Shown: positions 38,132 to 48,559 of the stretch, piece after piece | Numbering within the stretch: the stretch's first letter is position 1 | Layout of the letters: each line of letters starts with the position of its first letter | Source: Alphaproteobacteria bacterium | Lineage (GTDB): Bacteria; Pseudomonadota; Alphaproteobacteria; M2410 | DNA length: 64,000 nucleotides | Reading direction: 5' to 3' | NCBI GenBank assembly: GCA_030614785.1 | Contig: JAUWTJ010000010.1 | Coordinates: 615-64,614 of the forward strand | The notes under the pieces: generated by a model | Told to the model about the DNA's origin: nothing | The model's database searches: none | What the model saw: only the letters and a program-made list of their open reading frames with translations | Program-made: the position numbers and the translations under genes

Positions 38132-39436
38132 ATGGAAACCAGCGAGGACATCCTGAACCGGCAGATGGACTTTCATCCGCAATTTATCAACATGGGGCTC
38201 GATCGCATTCATCGCCTGCTCGAGGCTCTTGGCCGCCCACAGGATAAACTTCCGCCGGTCATTCACATCGCCGGCACCAATGGCAAAGGTTCAACCTCGG
38301 CCACGCTGAAGGCAATCTTTGAAGCCAGCGGCAAACAGGTTCACAGTTTCATCTCCCCGCACCTGGTGCACTATCACGAGCGCATTGTGTTGCGCGGCAA
38401 ACCGATTTCTGAAAGCGCCCTCATCGACATTCTACTGGAATGTGAGGCCGCCAATGCCGGACAGGACATTACTCATTTTGAGTTGACCACCGCAGCCGCT
38501 TTCCTCGCCTATTCCAAAACCCCGGCTGACGTCTTGCTGCTGGAAGTCGGCCTTGGCGGGCGTTTGGATAGCACCAATGTCATTGACCACCCGGCCCTCT
38601 CGGTGATCACACCGGTGGCGCTCGACCATCAACAATTTCTCGGCAACGACATTGCCACCATCGCGGCGGACAAATCCGGCATCCTGAAACGAGGATCGCC
38701 CGCCGTTGTCGGCCCGCAATCGGACGAAGGCCTGGAAGCCATTCGCATCGAGGCCGAAAAGCTCGGTGTCGAGCCGGCCTTTTATGGTCAGGACTGGATG
38801 GCTTTCGAGGAACACGGCCGCATGGTCTATCAGGACACCAAAGGGCTGCTCGACTTGCCCCTGCCATCGCTCATTGGACGCCACCAGATCGCCAATGCCG
38901 GAACAGCCATCGCTGCGGTCCGGGCGCTGGAAGGCACCCTGATAGAAGACCCGCACTATGAAGAGGGTCTCAAGACCACAACATGGCCAGCCCGTTTCCA
39001 GAGATTGACCGGCGGCCATCTCGTTGACCTGGCCGGAAACGATGCCGAGCTCTGGCTCGACGGCGGACATAACCCCCATGCGGCGGCAGCCCTGGCCGAA
39101 GCCCTTGCAACCCTTGAAGAAAGCAGCCCCCGGCCACTCTATCTCATCACCGCCATGATGGAGCGCAAGGATGCAGCAGGCTTCCTTGAAGCCTTTTTCG
39201 GTCTTGCAAGGCACGTTGCCACCCTTGCAGTGCCGGGCGAGGACAGCACATACTCGGCTGAAGACCTCGCCGCCATCGCCGTCAAGAGCGGTCTTTCAGC
39301 AAGACCATTGCCGGACCTTGAAACCGCCCTGACAGATATCGCAAGCCGTGAAAAAGCCCCGCGCATTCTCATCTGCGGCTCGCTCTATCTGGCGGGCCAT
39401 GCCTTGCGGCTCAATGGTGAAAGCGTCGGGGCTTGA
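38132..39436 (+). CDS. folC: Folylpolyglutamate synthase/dihydrofolate synthase
   Basis: HIAGTNGKGS, EVGLGGRLDSTN, LDGGHNP, ICGSLYLAG. Confidence 0.96.
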   Translation: METSEDILNRQMDFHPQFINMGLDRIHRLLEALGRPQDKLPPVIHIAGTNGKGSTSATLKAIFEASGKQVHSFISPHLVHYHERIVLRGKPISESALIDILLECEAANAGQDITHFELTTAAAFLAYSKTPADVLLLEVGLGGRLDSTNVIDHPALSVITPVALDHQQFLGNDIATIAADKSGILKRGSPAVVGPQSDEGLEAIRIEAEKLGVEPAFYGQDWMAFEEHGRMVYQDTKGLLDLPLPSLIGRHQIANAGTAIAAVRALEGTLIEDPHYEEGLKTTTWPARFQRLTGGHLVDLAGNDAELWLDGGHNPHAAAALAEALATLEESSPRPLYLITAMMERKDAAGFLEAFFGLARHVATLAVPGEDSTYSAEDLAAIAVKSGLSARPLPDLETALTDIASREKAPRILICGSLYLAGHALRLNGESVGA

Positions 39437-39445
39437 GACGCTCCG

Positions 39446-39620
39446 CGTCATGCCGGATGCGGTGCAGCATGAAATGCTGCTCTGCTGGTCCGGTATCCAT
39501 ATGTGGGATATAGGCCCCGGACCAGCGCAAAGTGCGCCAGCAAAAGTGGAAACCGGTTTTACGCCCGGGCGCACGGAAGAGAGAACCGAACGCATTTTCA
39601 GTGAAAATGCGTTAGAGCAT
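39446..39620. repeat. Composite of REP-like and palindromic alphaproteobacterial intergenic repeats
   Basis: GTCATGCCGGA...GCAGCAT-GAA-ATGCTGC...TCCGGTATCCA nested hairpin (39447-39499); AAGTGGAAACCGGTTTT (39544-39560); perfect AACGCATTTTCA-G-TGAAAATGCGTT (39589-39613) followed by AGAGCAT. Confidence 0.7.
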
Positions 39621-39661
39621 CACTTTGTGCTGCAAAGCATCCCGGGTGACAAACACAACAA

Positions 39662-39982
39662 TCAGATCGACTCTTTGATCCAGCTGACAATCTGGCTCTT
39701 TGGCATGGCACCAACTTTCTGGGCAATCACCTGACCGTCCTGGAAGAGCAACAGGGTTGGAATGCCGCGCACGCCGTATTTGCCGGGAACACCAGGGTTC
39801 TCATCAATGTTGATCTTGGCGATCTGAATCTGGTCGCTCATTTCAGCGCCAATTTCTTCCAGCGCCGGAGCGATTTGTTTGCACGGGCCAAACCACTCTG
39901 CCCAGAAGTCGACGACAACGGGCTTTGATGCGCTAATTACATCTGTTTCAAAACTGTTGTCCGTTACATGCTGGGTGGTCAT
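39662..39982 (-). CDS. trxA: Thioredoxin with the active site altered to WFGPC
   Basis: VVVDFWAEWFGPCKQIAP, KINIDENP, YGVRGIPTLLLF; canonical position after addA; start MTTQ (39982). Confidence 0.93.
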   Translation of the reverse strand: MTTQHVTDNSFETDVISASKPVVVDFWAEWFGPCKQIAPALEEIGAEMSDQIQIAKINIDENPGVPGKYGVRGIPTLLLFQDGQVIAQKVGAMPKSQIVSWIKESI

Positions 39983-40071
39983 CGGGTCGTCCTTTGCTAA
40001 AACCGGGTTAGATACTTCAATCGTTCCGCCCGTCATTTCTGTCATCAGGCAGTACTGAGTCGCGACCTGTA

Positions 40072-40101
40072 AGAGTAGGAACGCCCCCTTCGAAGGTCAA
40101 G
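40072..40101 (-). promoter_or_regulatory. Candidate internal trxA promoter (CTTGAC-N16-CCTACTC, RpoH/sigma70-like)
   Basis: TTGACC at 40100-40095, 17-nt spacer, TACTCT at 40077-40072. Confidence 0.4.
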
Positions 40102-40180
40102 GTAAACGCCCTCAAATGGCCCCCGATGCGGTCAAATATCACAGAGCTGTCTTCAGCATCTTGAACACTGGCCGCAGAAA

Positions 40181-43100
40181 TCAGCCAATTCTGTCAAGAG
40201 CTGCATCCATAAGGGGCCCGGGAATTTCCATCAGGCGCGGCCCGTCGGTCCACAAGAGCGCCGCCCTGACAACACGCCCGGGCAGGAGCGCCGACAGGAG
40301 CCCGCGATAGGCCGCCATTTGCATGACATAGACCGGCGACAGGTCCTCGATCCGGACCGGTGGCGGCCGATTGGTCTTGAAATCCACGATCAGAATTTCG
40401 ACGTCGGTAATAACCAGCCGGTCGATACTGCCATTAAGATGAATATCGGTTCCCGGCAGGAGCCCGGCAACAGGCGCTTCGGCAAGCGAGCCGGGACCAA
40501 AGATCGGCGCGAAATCAGCATGACCAAGAACGCCCATCACTTCGTCCGCAATCGCTTCAGCTTGCGGTGGTTCAAAGCCGCGCGCCGGGTCTTCAAGGAA
40601 CCGCTGCGCGGCACCGGCCCGCGCATCCTCCGGCAAGCCAGGCAGCAGTTCCAGTAATCTGTGTACCGCATTGCCGCGTCTAAATCGATCCTGCCCGGGA
40701 GCACTCAGCGGCGATAGCACGGAAGGCTCCGCAAAACCGGCCTCGTCCCCGTCAAGCGCGAGACCGAGTTGCGACGGTGCAAATTTTCGCGGCGGCGGTT
40801 CAGGTGAAACCTTTCTCCCGATCCATTCAGGCGCCGACAGGGGCTGCTTCACTTCGGTCTTGTCGCTTGCGGCCTCTGCCTTCGGCGTCTCCGCCAGATC
40901 CCGCTCAAGACGAAGTACCGGCGTCCCGTCAAACCGTCGGGCGGTTTTCATCAGCGGCGACAGGCTTCTTTCGGCAAGATCATACCAACACCCGTCGGGG
41001 CGTTTTTTCGACGTTTCATAGCCGGTAATATAAAGCCGATCCCGCGCCCGGGTCATGGCGACATAGAAGAGCCGGCGCTGCTCTTCAAGACGCCGCTCTC
41101 GCAAGTCTTCCTTGACCGTGCGGCCAAGGCTGTCGGCTTCATCCTTCGCCATGCCAAACAGAAGCCCTCTTTGCCCCGGCTCCCCGAAGCCCATCAGGGG
41201 CGGATCGCTGCGGGCAGTGGCCAGCGCGCAGGTGTCGGGCAAAAAGACGATGCGCCCTTCCAGCCCCTTGGCGCCGTGAACCGTCATGATCCGCACTTCC
41301 TTCGGCGCATGGTCGAAGTCGCGCTTGATCTCCGCCTGATCACCGCGCACCCAGGCCAGAAACCCCTGCAGACCGGGCGGCTCGAGCTGTTCAAACTGCA
41401 GCGCATGGGACAGGAACTCGTCGATCGGGTCGCCCGCCTCGGGCCCAAGGCGGCGCAGCAAACGTGTCCGCCCGCTGGTCTCAAAACTCGGGCTCAAACC
41501 AAGCGCTGCAATGAAAAATTCATAGGGCCGCAAGACCTCGACCCGCGCCAGAACATCACCGAGGAAAGCTGCAGGTTTTGCGAAGGCGGGTTCTTGCGCC
41601 CTTGCACGCAGAGCGGCCCAGAGCGACCCACTACGACCGTGCGAAAGATGAAACAGGTCATCTTCCGAAAGCTCTGCGAACGGGCTTCGCAGGACAGTCG
41701 CCAGGGTCAAGTCATCTTCCGGCAGAAGTGCAAATTCAGCCAGTGCCATCAAGTCCATCACCGCAATCTGATCGGTCAAAACCATACGGTCGCGCCCGGC
41801 AACGGGGATCTTTTTCAGCTTCAGGGCCCGGATCATCTCGTCGACAAAACTGTTACGCCTTTGCACAAGAATGAGAATATCGCCCGCTTCAATGGGCGGG
41901 CCACCTGGCAGAACCGGTTCTTTCGCTTCAATCCAGTGAGCAATTTGCGCCGCGATATCATGAGCCACGATAGCCCGCGGCGCCTGGCGCGAAACCGCGT
42001 CGAGCGGCGCATCCCAGGGATCAGTAGCATCTTTTTCTTCGGGTCGGACCGCTGGCCAAAGCTCGACAAGGCCCGGCTCCGCCGCGCGGTCCGCCTCGTG
42101 CACCGGCACGCTTCCGGTCGCCGTCAGACCTTTGGCGTGCGCCGGGTCGGCAAAAACAGCGTCAACGGCGCGCAGCACTTCTGCCGTGGAGCGAAACGAC
42201 AGGATGAGGTCAAGCTCGCAGAACGCCTGCCCGGCGTCCAGCGCCTGGTCTCTGAACTCGGCCCGCTTCTGCGCAAACATGCCCGGCTCGGCGCCCTGAA
42301 ACGAATAGATCGACTGCTTCTCGTCGCCCACGGCAAACAAGGTGCGCGGCGCCTCGGAGCGCTCATCAAAGGCGCTCGCCCCGGAAAAGAACTCCTGCGC
42401 CAGCGCTTCCACGACACGCCACTGCCCGGGACTTGTATCCTGCGCCTCATCAACCAGAATGTGCTCGATGCCGCCATCAAGCTTGTAATGCACCCAGGCC
42501 GACGCCCCGACCGGCGAGACCAGATCACCGGTCCGGCGGATCAGATCATCATAGTCGAGCACGCCGCGCCGACGCTTGGCGCTCTCATAATGCTGGATAA
42601 AGGCATCACCAACACTGAGGACATCGAGCGTCAGGTAAAGGGTCACGAGACGCCGCAGGTTTTCTCGCACAGCCACGACCCGGGTCTGTTCCCGCAACAA
42701 AAACTCGGCGACATGCGGAAACGCTTCTGTCGGTTTCTTCGTCATCAACCGGGCGCGCGGCTCACCGGTTCCGGTAAGATAGAGGCGCTCATAATCTTCA
42801 TAGGCGATCGCGCGATCCTGGCGCGCCAGAAACTCCAGCATCTTCTCCGCGTTCGCCTGATCCGTCTTCGTACCTTCGCCAAGACGCGCCGCCGCTTCGC
42901 GAAGCTCCGGTTCAAGCCGCGCCACGTCCGCCAGTGAGGCTTCAACAAGGTCGTCCGCATTACCTTCACCCGGCAAGGCCAATTGCACCCGCAAGTCCGC
43001 TTCAAGCCTGCCGGTGCCGCCAACCCTGTCAATGACGGCTGCAATATCGTCCTTGCGCCCGAGGATCTGGCGCATGAGATCTGAAAAAGCCGGGGCATCA

Positions 43101-43687
43101 TAGCGTGCCGCCAGCCGGGTCAAAGCCTGGCCGAGCGCGCCATCGGGTTGTGCGACCGCATCGCCATAAAGCGCCATCTCGGCCTCACGCAGCAGCACCC
43201 GCGCCGAGGCATCATCCAGAACCTTGAAGCCTGGCGCAACGCCCGCCTCCAGCGGAAAGCGTTCCAGCACCGCCTGGCAAAACCCGTGCAGGGTCTGGAT
43301 TTTAAGACCCCCTGGCGTGTCAAGCGCCCGGGCCAAAAGACGGCGCGCCGGATTGAGTTGGTCCGCATCGATATCGACGCCTTCAAGCTCCCGGAGTTCT
43401 TTCAGCAGGGCAGTATCATCGAGCGCCGTCCACAGTCCCAGGCGCTTGAAGAGACGATTGGCCATTTCCGCTGCAGCGGTCTTTGTAAACGTCAGGCACA
43501 GGATCTTTTCCGGCGGCGTTCCCGCCAGCAACAACCGGATCACCCGGTCGGTCAGAACCTTGGTCTTGCCAGTCCCGGCATTGGCCGAAACCCAGGCGGA
43601 ATGCACCGGATCCGCCGCCTCGGTCTGGCGCGCCACAGTGTCCCGGCGTCGCTCCTCATCGGCTGATAAAAGGAGATCAGAGCTCAT
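40181..43687 (-). CDS. addA: Double-strand break repair helicase/nuclease AddA
   Basis: SANAGTGKT, ILVDEAQDTS, VGDEKQSIYSFQGA, MTVHGAKGLE, YVAMTRA, GSIDRL...VDFKTN. Confidence 0.97.
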   Translation of the reverse strand: MSSDLLLSADEERRRDTVARQTEAADPVHSAWVSANAGTGKTKVLTDRVIRLLLAGTPPEKILCLTFTKTAAAEMANRLFKRLGLWTALDDTALLKELRELEGVDIDADQLNPARRLLARALDTPGGLKIQTLHGFCQAVLERFPLEAGVAPGFKVLDDASARVLLREAEMALYGDAVAQPDGALGQALTRLAARYDAPAFSDLMRQILGRKDDIAAVIDRVGGTGRLEADLRVQLALPGEGNADDLVEASLADVARLEPELREAAARLGEGTKTDQANAEKMLEFLARQDRAIAYEDYERLYLTGTGEPRARLMTKKPTEAFPHVAEFLLREQTRVVAVRENLRRLVTLYLTLDVLSVGDAFIQHYESAKRRRGVLDYDDLIRRTGDLVSPVGASAWVHYKLDGGIEHILVDEAQDTSPGQWRVVEALAQEFFSGASAFDERSEAPRTLFAVGDEKQSIYSFQGAEPGMFAQKRAEFRDQALDAGQAFCELDLILSFRSTAEVLRAVDAVFADPAHAKGLTATGSVPVHEADRAAEPGLVELWPAVRPEEKDATDPWDAPLDAVSRQAPRAIVAHDIAAQIAHWIEAKEPVLPGGPPIEAGDILILVQRRNSFVDEMIRALKLKKIPVAGRDRMVLTDQIAVMDLMALAEFALLPEDDLTLATVLRSPFAELSEDDLFHLSHGRSGSLWAALRARAQEPAFAKPAAFLGDVLARVEVLRPYEFFIAALGLSPSFETSGRTRLLRRLGPEAGDPIDEFLSHALQFEQLEPPGLQGFLAWVRGDQAEIKRDFDHAPKEVRIMTVHGAKGLEGRIVFLPDTCALATARSDPPLMGFGEPGQRGLLFGMAKDEADSLGRTVKEDLRERRLEEQRRLFYVAMTRARDRLYITGYETSKKRPDGCWYDLAERSLSPLMKTARRFDGTPVLRLERDLAETPKAEAASDKTEVKQPLSAPEWIGRKVSPEPPPRKFAPSQLGLALDGDEAGFAEPSVLSPLSAPGQDRFRRGNAVHRLLELLPGLPEDARAGAAQRFLEDPARGFEPPQAEAIADEVMGVLGHADFAPIFGPGSLAEAPVAGLLPGTDIHLNGSIDRLVITDVEILIVDFKTNRPPPVRIEDLSPVYVMQMAAYRGLLSALLPGRVVRAALLWTDGPRLMEIPGPLMDAALDRIG

Positions 43688-46600
43688 TCGCTTGCCCCCT
43701 CCTCAGCGCCATAGACCGACCATTCCCGGACCCGGGCCAGATGATCGTAAGCCCCCTCACGGGCTTCAAACATCGGCATGACGCGCGAGCGGTACACCTT
43801 TGCAGGATCATCATAAATCGCGATGAAGTTTTCCAACGCCTCGGCGGCCCGGGCAGCCAGCACCTCAATGTCCTTGTTGTGCCTTATAGCGCGGCCCGGC
43901 ACACGCCCGCCCGAGACCTGCAAATGCGCCACTTCGCGCACATCAGGCTTGCCGACCCCTTCAAAGCCCCCGGCCAGCACCATCATCGCCTCGAGCGGCA
44001 ATTGCGGCGCGAGGAGGGCCTTGACCTGGGACCCTGAAGGCACCTGACCCGTCTTGTAATCATAGAGCCCGACAAGCCCGTCCGTGAAGAGATCAATCCG
44101 GTCAGCCCGGGCATTGAGCGTGAAGGGACCAGCGGGACCATCAAACACCATCTGGCCCTTGACCTCGAGACCAAGAGGTTTGGCGCGCGCGCGCTGCAGG
44201 GTTTCGAACTCGATGAACCAGCGCGACAACCGGGCAAAGCGCGGCAGCCAGAACGCCAGCACTTCAGCTGACACGCCCTCTTCTTCAAAGGCCTTCCGGC
44301 CCTCTTCGATGAGCGCATCGAGATCACCGCCGCCGACCCCGTCCCGATGCGCCGCCACAAAGCGCTCAAGCGCCCGGTGCACCACGGTGCCCCGCGTTGC
44401 AGCCCCAACAGGGGCATCCAGCGGATCGAGCGCGCGCAGGTCCAGAATGCGTTTGGCATAAATGGCGTAGGGGTCACGCAGCCAGGTTTCAATTTCAGTG
44501 ACCGACATGGACCGCGGCCGGGCTTCCAGCGGCGGCTTCGGGCAAGGCGGGTCAATTGGCGCATAATCCTGCGGCGTGTCGAGCACCCGCGCCCATGCAA
44601 GCCAGGGGGTCTGACTATCAAGGTGATGTTTGGCCTCCAGCCCGGCCAGCATATTCTCAAGCCGCATCAGCCAGCGCGAGGCCACAGTCGGTGCCCCGTC
44701 AACCTTGAGGCTACGGGTCAAAATAACATCCGTCGCTCCGGCCAGCTGGACGAAATCATGAGCGCTTTGGCCAATGCGGCGCTCCGGCTGAGACATGCCC
44801 AGCGCCGTGCGCATCGGCCGCGACAACCACGGGTCCGCCTGAACCGCCTGCGGCCAGACCTTCTCATTAAGACTGCCCAGGATAATGCGGTCCGCGCTTT
44901 GCAGCCGCGCTTCAAGCGGCCCCCAGATGAAAGCGCGCGGATGGACACTGCGAGTCTGACGCACCGTGCGCGGTTGCGCCAGCGCCCGGTAGAGCCCGGG
45001 ATAATCGGCAGGCGGCAGGGTTTTGAGCGCACCGACTTCGTCCAGCAGCTCGGCAAAGAACACCATTGCCGCCTCACCGGCAGCGCCTGCCCACAGACGC
45101 GCCGCGCCGCTCACCGGCCCGTCATCAACAAAGGCGTCCGCCAGCGCTTCAGCCACGCGGATATGCCCTTCAACCAGCAGCCCGGGGGCTTCTTCGCCCT
45201 CTATCGTCAGTCCAGGCTCAAAGGCCGTCTCAAGGCGGTCCAGAAGCACGGCGAGATCTGACACTTTGCCGCCGGCCTGTTGCTTTTCCTTGCCCGCAAG
45301 ACGGTGACGCAAACCATCCACGCCGCCACCGGGACGCACGCCGCGCAGACACAAAATTTCCAGACGCGCCGCCAGCGCGCGCAGCTGCGGCCTTGAATGG
45401 CCCAGCCCTGTAAGCGGATGTTTGAGCAAGGCGAGCAGCGGCACCGGCGCAAAGCCGCTTTCCACCACATCAAGGATACCCTGCAAAAACGAACCAACCG
45501 GGGTCCCCGTCAGCGGCACGCCCGCACTGTCATCAACCTCGAGATCCCAGCGTTTCAGCGCCGCCGAGACCCGGCGCGCCAGCCCCCGGTCCGGGGTCAC
45601 CAGAGCGACAGATTTGCCCGGTGTTTCCATAGTTTCACGCATGATGAGCGCGATGGTCAGCGCCTCAAGTCGCGGATCATCGGCCTCAATGCGGGTAAGG
45701 TCGGCAAAGGCCGCGCCGAGTTTTTCATGCACGCCGGCAGCCTGCGAAAACGCCAGCCAGCCTTCTGTTGCCTCGGCTGGCAGCATGGCCTGGGACAGGA
45801 TTGAGCGCCGCGCGGCCAGGCCCGGATCAACCGGGCTGCTGGTTGGCCAGGGCGCAACGTCGCTCCGCCCGACATCAAGCCCTTCCAAAAGCGCCTTCAA
45901 CCCGAATTGCGGATGCGTCTCCTGCACCCGATCCCAGACCCGAGCGGGGAGGTCAAGGTCAAGCCCTGGTAAAACCAGCGCGCCCTCAACGTGAGTGAGC
46001 ACCGCTGCCATCAGCATCTGCGTCGCCGGAATGGAGCCGGTTGACCCGGCGATGACAACCGGCCCATCGGGCATGTGAGCGCCCCATTTATCAGCCAGCT
46101 GACGAAGCACCGCGCTGCGCCGTGCAACCGGGTCCATGACGCCCAGTTCTTCCAGAACACCAGGCCAGTGTTCCGTCATGACTTTCAGAAACTCCAGAGT
46201 AGCTTTCCAGTGATCAGTAAGGTTTTCCGGCACCACATCGACAAGTTTGGCAATGTCAACATTCTCGGTCTGCACCGCATCGAAGAAGCGCATGAGATCG
46301 GCGGCAAGCGCCGCCGCTGTGGCCAGCGACAGCGGTTCGGGTGCATCACGAGGTCCCGCGATATAGTGCGCCAGAAGAAGCTGTCGCTTGAGCGGCGCGA
46401 CCACCGGTTTCAGTCCGGCGCGCAAATCCTCAAACCCCGAAGCTTCGCCTTCGCCGCCCGCCAGATCATCATCGCCGACATCGCCAAGCGGCAGGATCTG
46501 CGGCATCAAGGTGACACCCGATGGCGCAAGGTCGGTAAAGGCCTTGCGCACCGCCAGCACCGCCCGCCGGGTTGGCACCAGCAATGTGACCCGCGCCAGA

Positions 46601-46719
46601 GCCAGCGGGTCCGCAGGGTCGCCGTATTGTGCCATGATGCCGGATGCCAGCGCCGCTGCAAAACTGTCGCTGCCCGCGATCGTGTAGATCTTTCCTTTTC
46701 GGGCAGCTGGCATGGTCAT
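43684..46719 (-). CDS. addB: Double-strand break repair protein AddB
   Basis: LVPTRRA, IAGSTGSIPAT, LVTPDRGLARRV, SVTEIETWLRDPYAIYA, ARADRID...DYKTG, YDHLARVREW. Confidence 0.96.
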   Translation of the reverse strand: MTMPAARKGKIYTIAGSDSFAAALASGIMAQYGDPADPLALARVTLLVPTRRAVLAVRKAFTDLAPSGVTLMPQILPLGDVGDDDLAGGEGEASGFEDLRAGLKPVVAPLKRQLLLAHYIAGPRDAPEPLSLATAAALAADLMRFFDAVQTENVDIAKLVDVVPENLTDHWKATLEFLKVMTEHWPGVLEELGVMDPVARRSAVLRQLADKWGAHMPDGPVVIAGSTGSIPATQMLMAAVLTHVEGALVLPGLDLDLPARVWDRVQETHPQFGLKALLEGLDVGRSDVAPWPTSSPVDPGLAARRSILSQAMLPAEATEGWLAFSQAAGVHEKLGAAFADLTRIEADDPRLEALTIALIMRETMETPGKSVALVTPDRGLARRVSAALKRWDLEVDDSAGVPLTGTPVGSFLQGILDVVESGFAPVPLLALLKHPLTGLGHSRPQLRALAARLEILCLRGVRPGGGVDGLRHRLAGKEKQQAGGKVSDLAVLLDRLETAFEPGLTIEGEEAPGLLVEGHIRVAEALADAFVDDGPVSGAARLWAGAAGEAAMVFFAELLDEVGALKTLPPADYPGLYRALAQPRTVRQTRSVHPRAFIWGPLEARLQSADRIILGSLNEKVWPQAVQADPWLSRPMRTALGMSQPERRIGQSAHDFVQLAGATDVILTRSLKVDGAPTVASRWLMRLENMLAGLEAKHHLDSQTPWLAWARVLDTPQDYAPIDPPCPKPPLEARPRSMSVTEIETWLRDPYAIYAKRILDLRALDPLDAPVGAATRGTVVHRALERFVAAHRDGVGGGDLDALIEEGRKAFEEEGVSAEVLAFWLPRFARLSRWFIEFETLQRARAKPLGLEVKGQMVFDGPAGPFTLNARADRIDLFTDGLVGLYDYKTGQVPSGSQVKALLAPQLPLEAMMVLAGGFEGVGKPDVREVAHLQVSGGRVPGRAIRHNKDIEVLAARAAEALENFIAIYDDPAKVYRSRVMPMFEAREGAYDHLARVREWSVYGAEEGASE

Positions 46720-47441
46720 GGAGCGTCTCTCAGAACCTCGTCAATGGCCGCAACGTCGGCGGCAGAACTGGCGTGCAGCCAGCGCCCTTCGAGCTTGTGA
46801 CCAAGAAGCCGCCCCTTCAGATTGAGCTGATCCCATATCCAGTTGTTGGAAAAAGCACCTTGTGGTGTCGCGTCAAACAGCGAGGGTTTCATCACCTGCA
46901 CACTTGCGTACATGTAGTCTGCATCGCCGTCAGGAGTGCGACGTGTGAGTTTTCGTTCCTCATCCATATCAAAATCACCACGCCCGACAAATCCCACCGA
47001 AGTCTTGCAGTCCGCCACCAGCAACATACAATCGCATCTGTCCGGGTCAAACGCGTCCATCATGGCCTTGAGGTTATCCTTGCCATCCGGGCTCTCGATC
47101 CAGCCTGTGTCCGCGCTCATCACAAGGAAAGGATCCTCGCCGAGAAGCGGCAGAGCACGCTTGACGCCGCCGCCTGTATCAAGCAAGGCGTCACGTTCAT
47201 CGGAAAAGACAATCCGCGGGCTCTTGCGACCCCTCAAATGCGCTTCCAGCATGTCCGCCATATAATGCAGATTGACGACCACCTCCTCGACGCCGGCTGC
47301 CTCCAGGCGATCAATCACATGGTCAATCAGGGCCCGTCCGCCGACTTCAACAAGCGGTTTTGGCCGATCGTCGGTGAGCGGCCGCATACGTCGTCCTTCA
47401 CCGGCAGCCAGAACCATGGCCTTTTTAATCTGTACACTCAT
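46716..47441 (-). CDS. murU: Nucleotidyltransferase (MurU-like)
   Basis: AMVLAAGEGRRMRPLTDDRPKPLVEV, VVVNLHY, LLDTGGG; adjacent to amgK. Confidence 0.85.
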   Translation of the reverse strand: MSVQIKKAMVLAAGEGRRMRPLTDDRPKPLVEVGGRALIDHVIDRLEAAGVEEVVVNLHYMADMLEAHLRGRKSPRIVFSDERDALLDTGGGVKRALPLLGEDPFLVMSADTGWIESPDGKDNLKAMMDAFDPDRCDCMLLVADCKTSVGFVGRGDFDMDEERKLTRRTPDGDADYMYASVQVMKPSLFDATPQGAFSNNWIWDQLNLKGRLLGHKLEGRWLHASSAADVAAIDEVLRDAP

Positions 47442-48559
47442 TAATGATCTCTCTGATCTTCAGGAAAATGCTGGTCGATCCAGGCCTTGTAGGATGACAA
47501 AACCGGATGGGCCAGATTGCGCTCAAGATAGACCCACATCCGCGGCAGATGAACCAGATAGTGATCCTTGCCATCGCGCTTCCACAGTCGACAGAAAATG
47601 CCGATGATCTTCGAAGCGCGCTGCGCGCCCAGCACGGCATAGGCGGTCCGAAACGACCCTGGATTGAGGTCTGGCCGATCTGCGAGATAGCCCTCAATGA
47701 GCCGCTCTTCCAGGTCAGCGGAAACATCCCGGCGCGCATCCTGAAGCAACGACATCAGGTCATAGGCCGGGTGCCCCAGAAGCCCGTCCTGATAATCGAT
47801 AATGCCAATCGAAGCCGCGCCCTCCCGGTCCGGCAGTTCCAGCAGGTTCGGCGAATGAAAGTCGCGCAGGATGAGAACTTCCTTGTCGGTTTCGACGAAG
47901 TGGAAAAGGTCCGACCAGATATCCCGAAAAGTCGTCCGCGCTGCATCACCCAGGGTCTTCGAAAGACGCGCCGGAGCGTACCAGTCAAGCAAAAGATCAG
48001 CTTCAATCTGCAGTGCCGCCGGATCATAATGTGGCAAGGTGTAAGCACTGCCATCGGGCAGGGACAATTCCGGCGGACAGGTCTGCTTGTGGTGATGGAC
48101 AAGCGCCTGGACCGCCCCGGCATAAAGCCCTGATTCGCGTTTGAGCGGCACCTCGGCTTCATTGATGAGGGGCGCGAAAAGCGCATCGCCCAAATCCTCG
48201 ACAAGCAAAAATCCCTTGTCGAAATCAAACCCGAGAAGCTCGGGCGCAGAAAGCCCCTCGGCGCGCAGACGATTGCCGATCGCGGCGAAGGCACGGCAGC
48301 CCGAAGCAAGATGGGCAATCTCCCCGTAGGATTTTTGGCTCTCCCCGCCAGAAAGATTAAGCGGGGCATCAAGCGGATCTGTCGGATCATCCATCAAAAC
48401 GGCCCGCCGCCCGTCCGCAAGGGATACCCGCTCATAGCGTCGGTGTGAGGCGTCTCCGGCAAGATGAGAACGCGACGCATTCGCCCATCCTGCTGCTTCG
48501 AGGAAACCAACAAGGTCACGGTCTCGCGCCTCGCTTGCAGCTCTAACCAGTGGAAACAT
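47441..48559 (-). CDS. amgK: Aminoglycoside-phosphotransferase-like kinase (AmgK-like)
   Basis: LAGDASHRRYER, LVEDLG, LRDFHSPNLL, IDYQDG, YDLMSLLQDARR. Confidence 0.85.
   Translation of the reverse strand: MFPLVRAASEARDRDLVGFLEAAGWANASRSHLAGDASHRRYERVSLADGRRAVLMDDPTDPLDAPLNLSGGESQKSYGEIAHLASGCRAFAAIGNRLRAEGLSAPELLGFDFDKGFLLVEDLGDALFAPLINEAEVPLKRESGLYAGAVQALVHHHKQTCPPELSLPDGSAYTLPHYDPAALQIEADLLLDWYAPARLSKTLGDAARTTFRDIWSDLFHFVETDKEVLILRDFHSPNLLELPDREGAASIGIIDYQDGLLGHPAYDLMSLLQDARRDVSADLEERLIEGYLADRPDLNPGSFRTAYAVLGAQRASKIIGIFCRLWKRDGKDHYLVHLPRMWVYLERNLAHPVLSSYKAWIDQHFPEDQRDH

Noticed and set aside
34777-39214. Long minus-strand ORFs over trpB, trpA, accD and folC
   Set aside because: Antisense shadows typical of high-GC coding DNA.
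41171-46800. 588-aa and other plus-strand ORFs over addA/addB
   Set aside because: Antisense shadows with no domain signatures.
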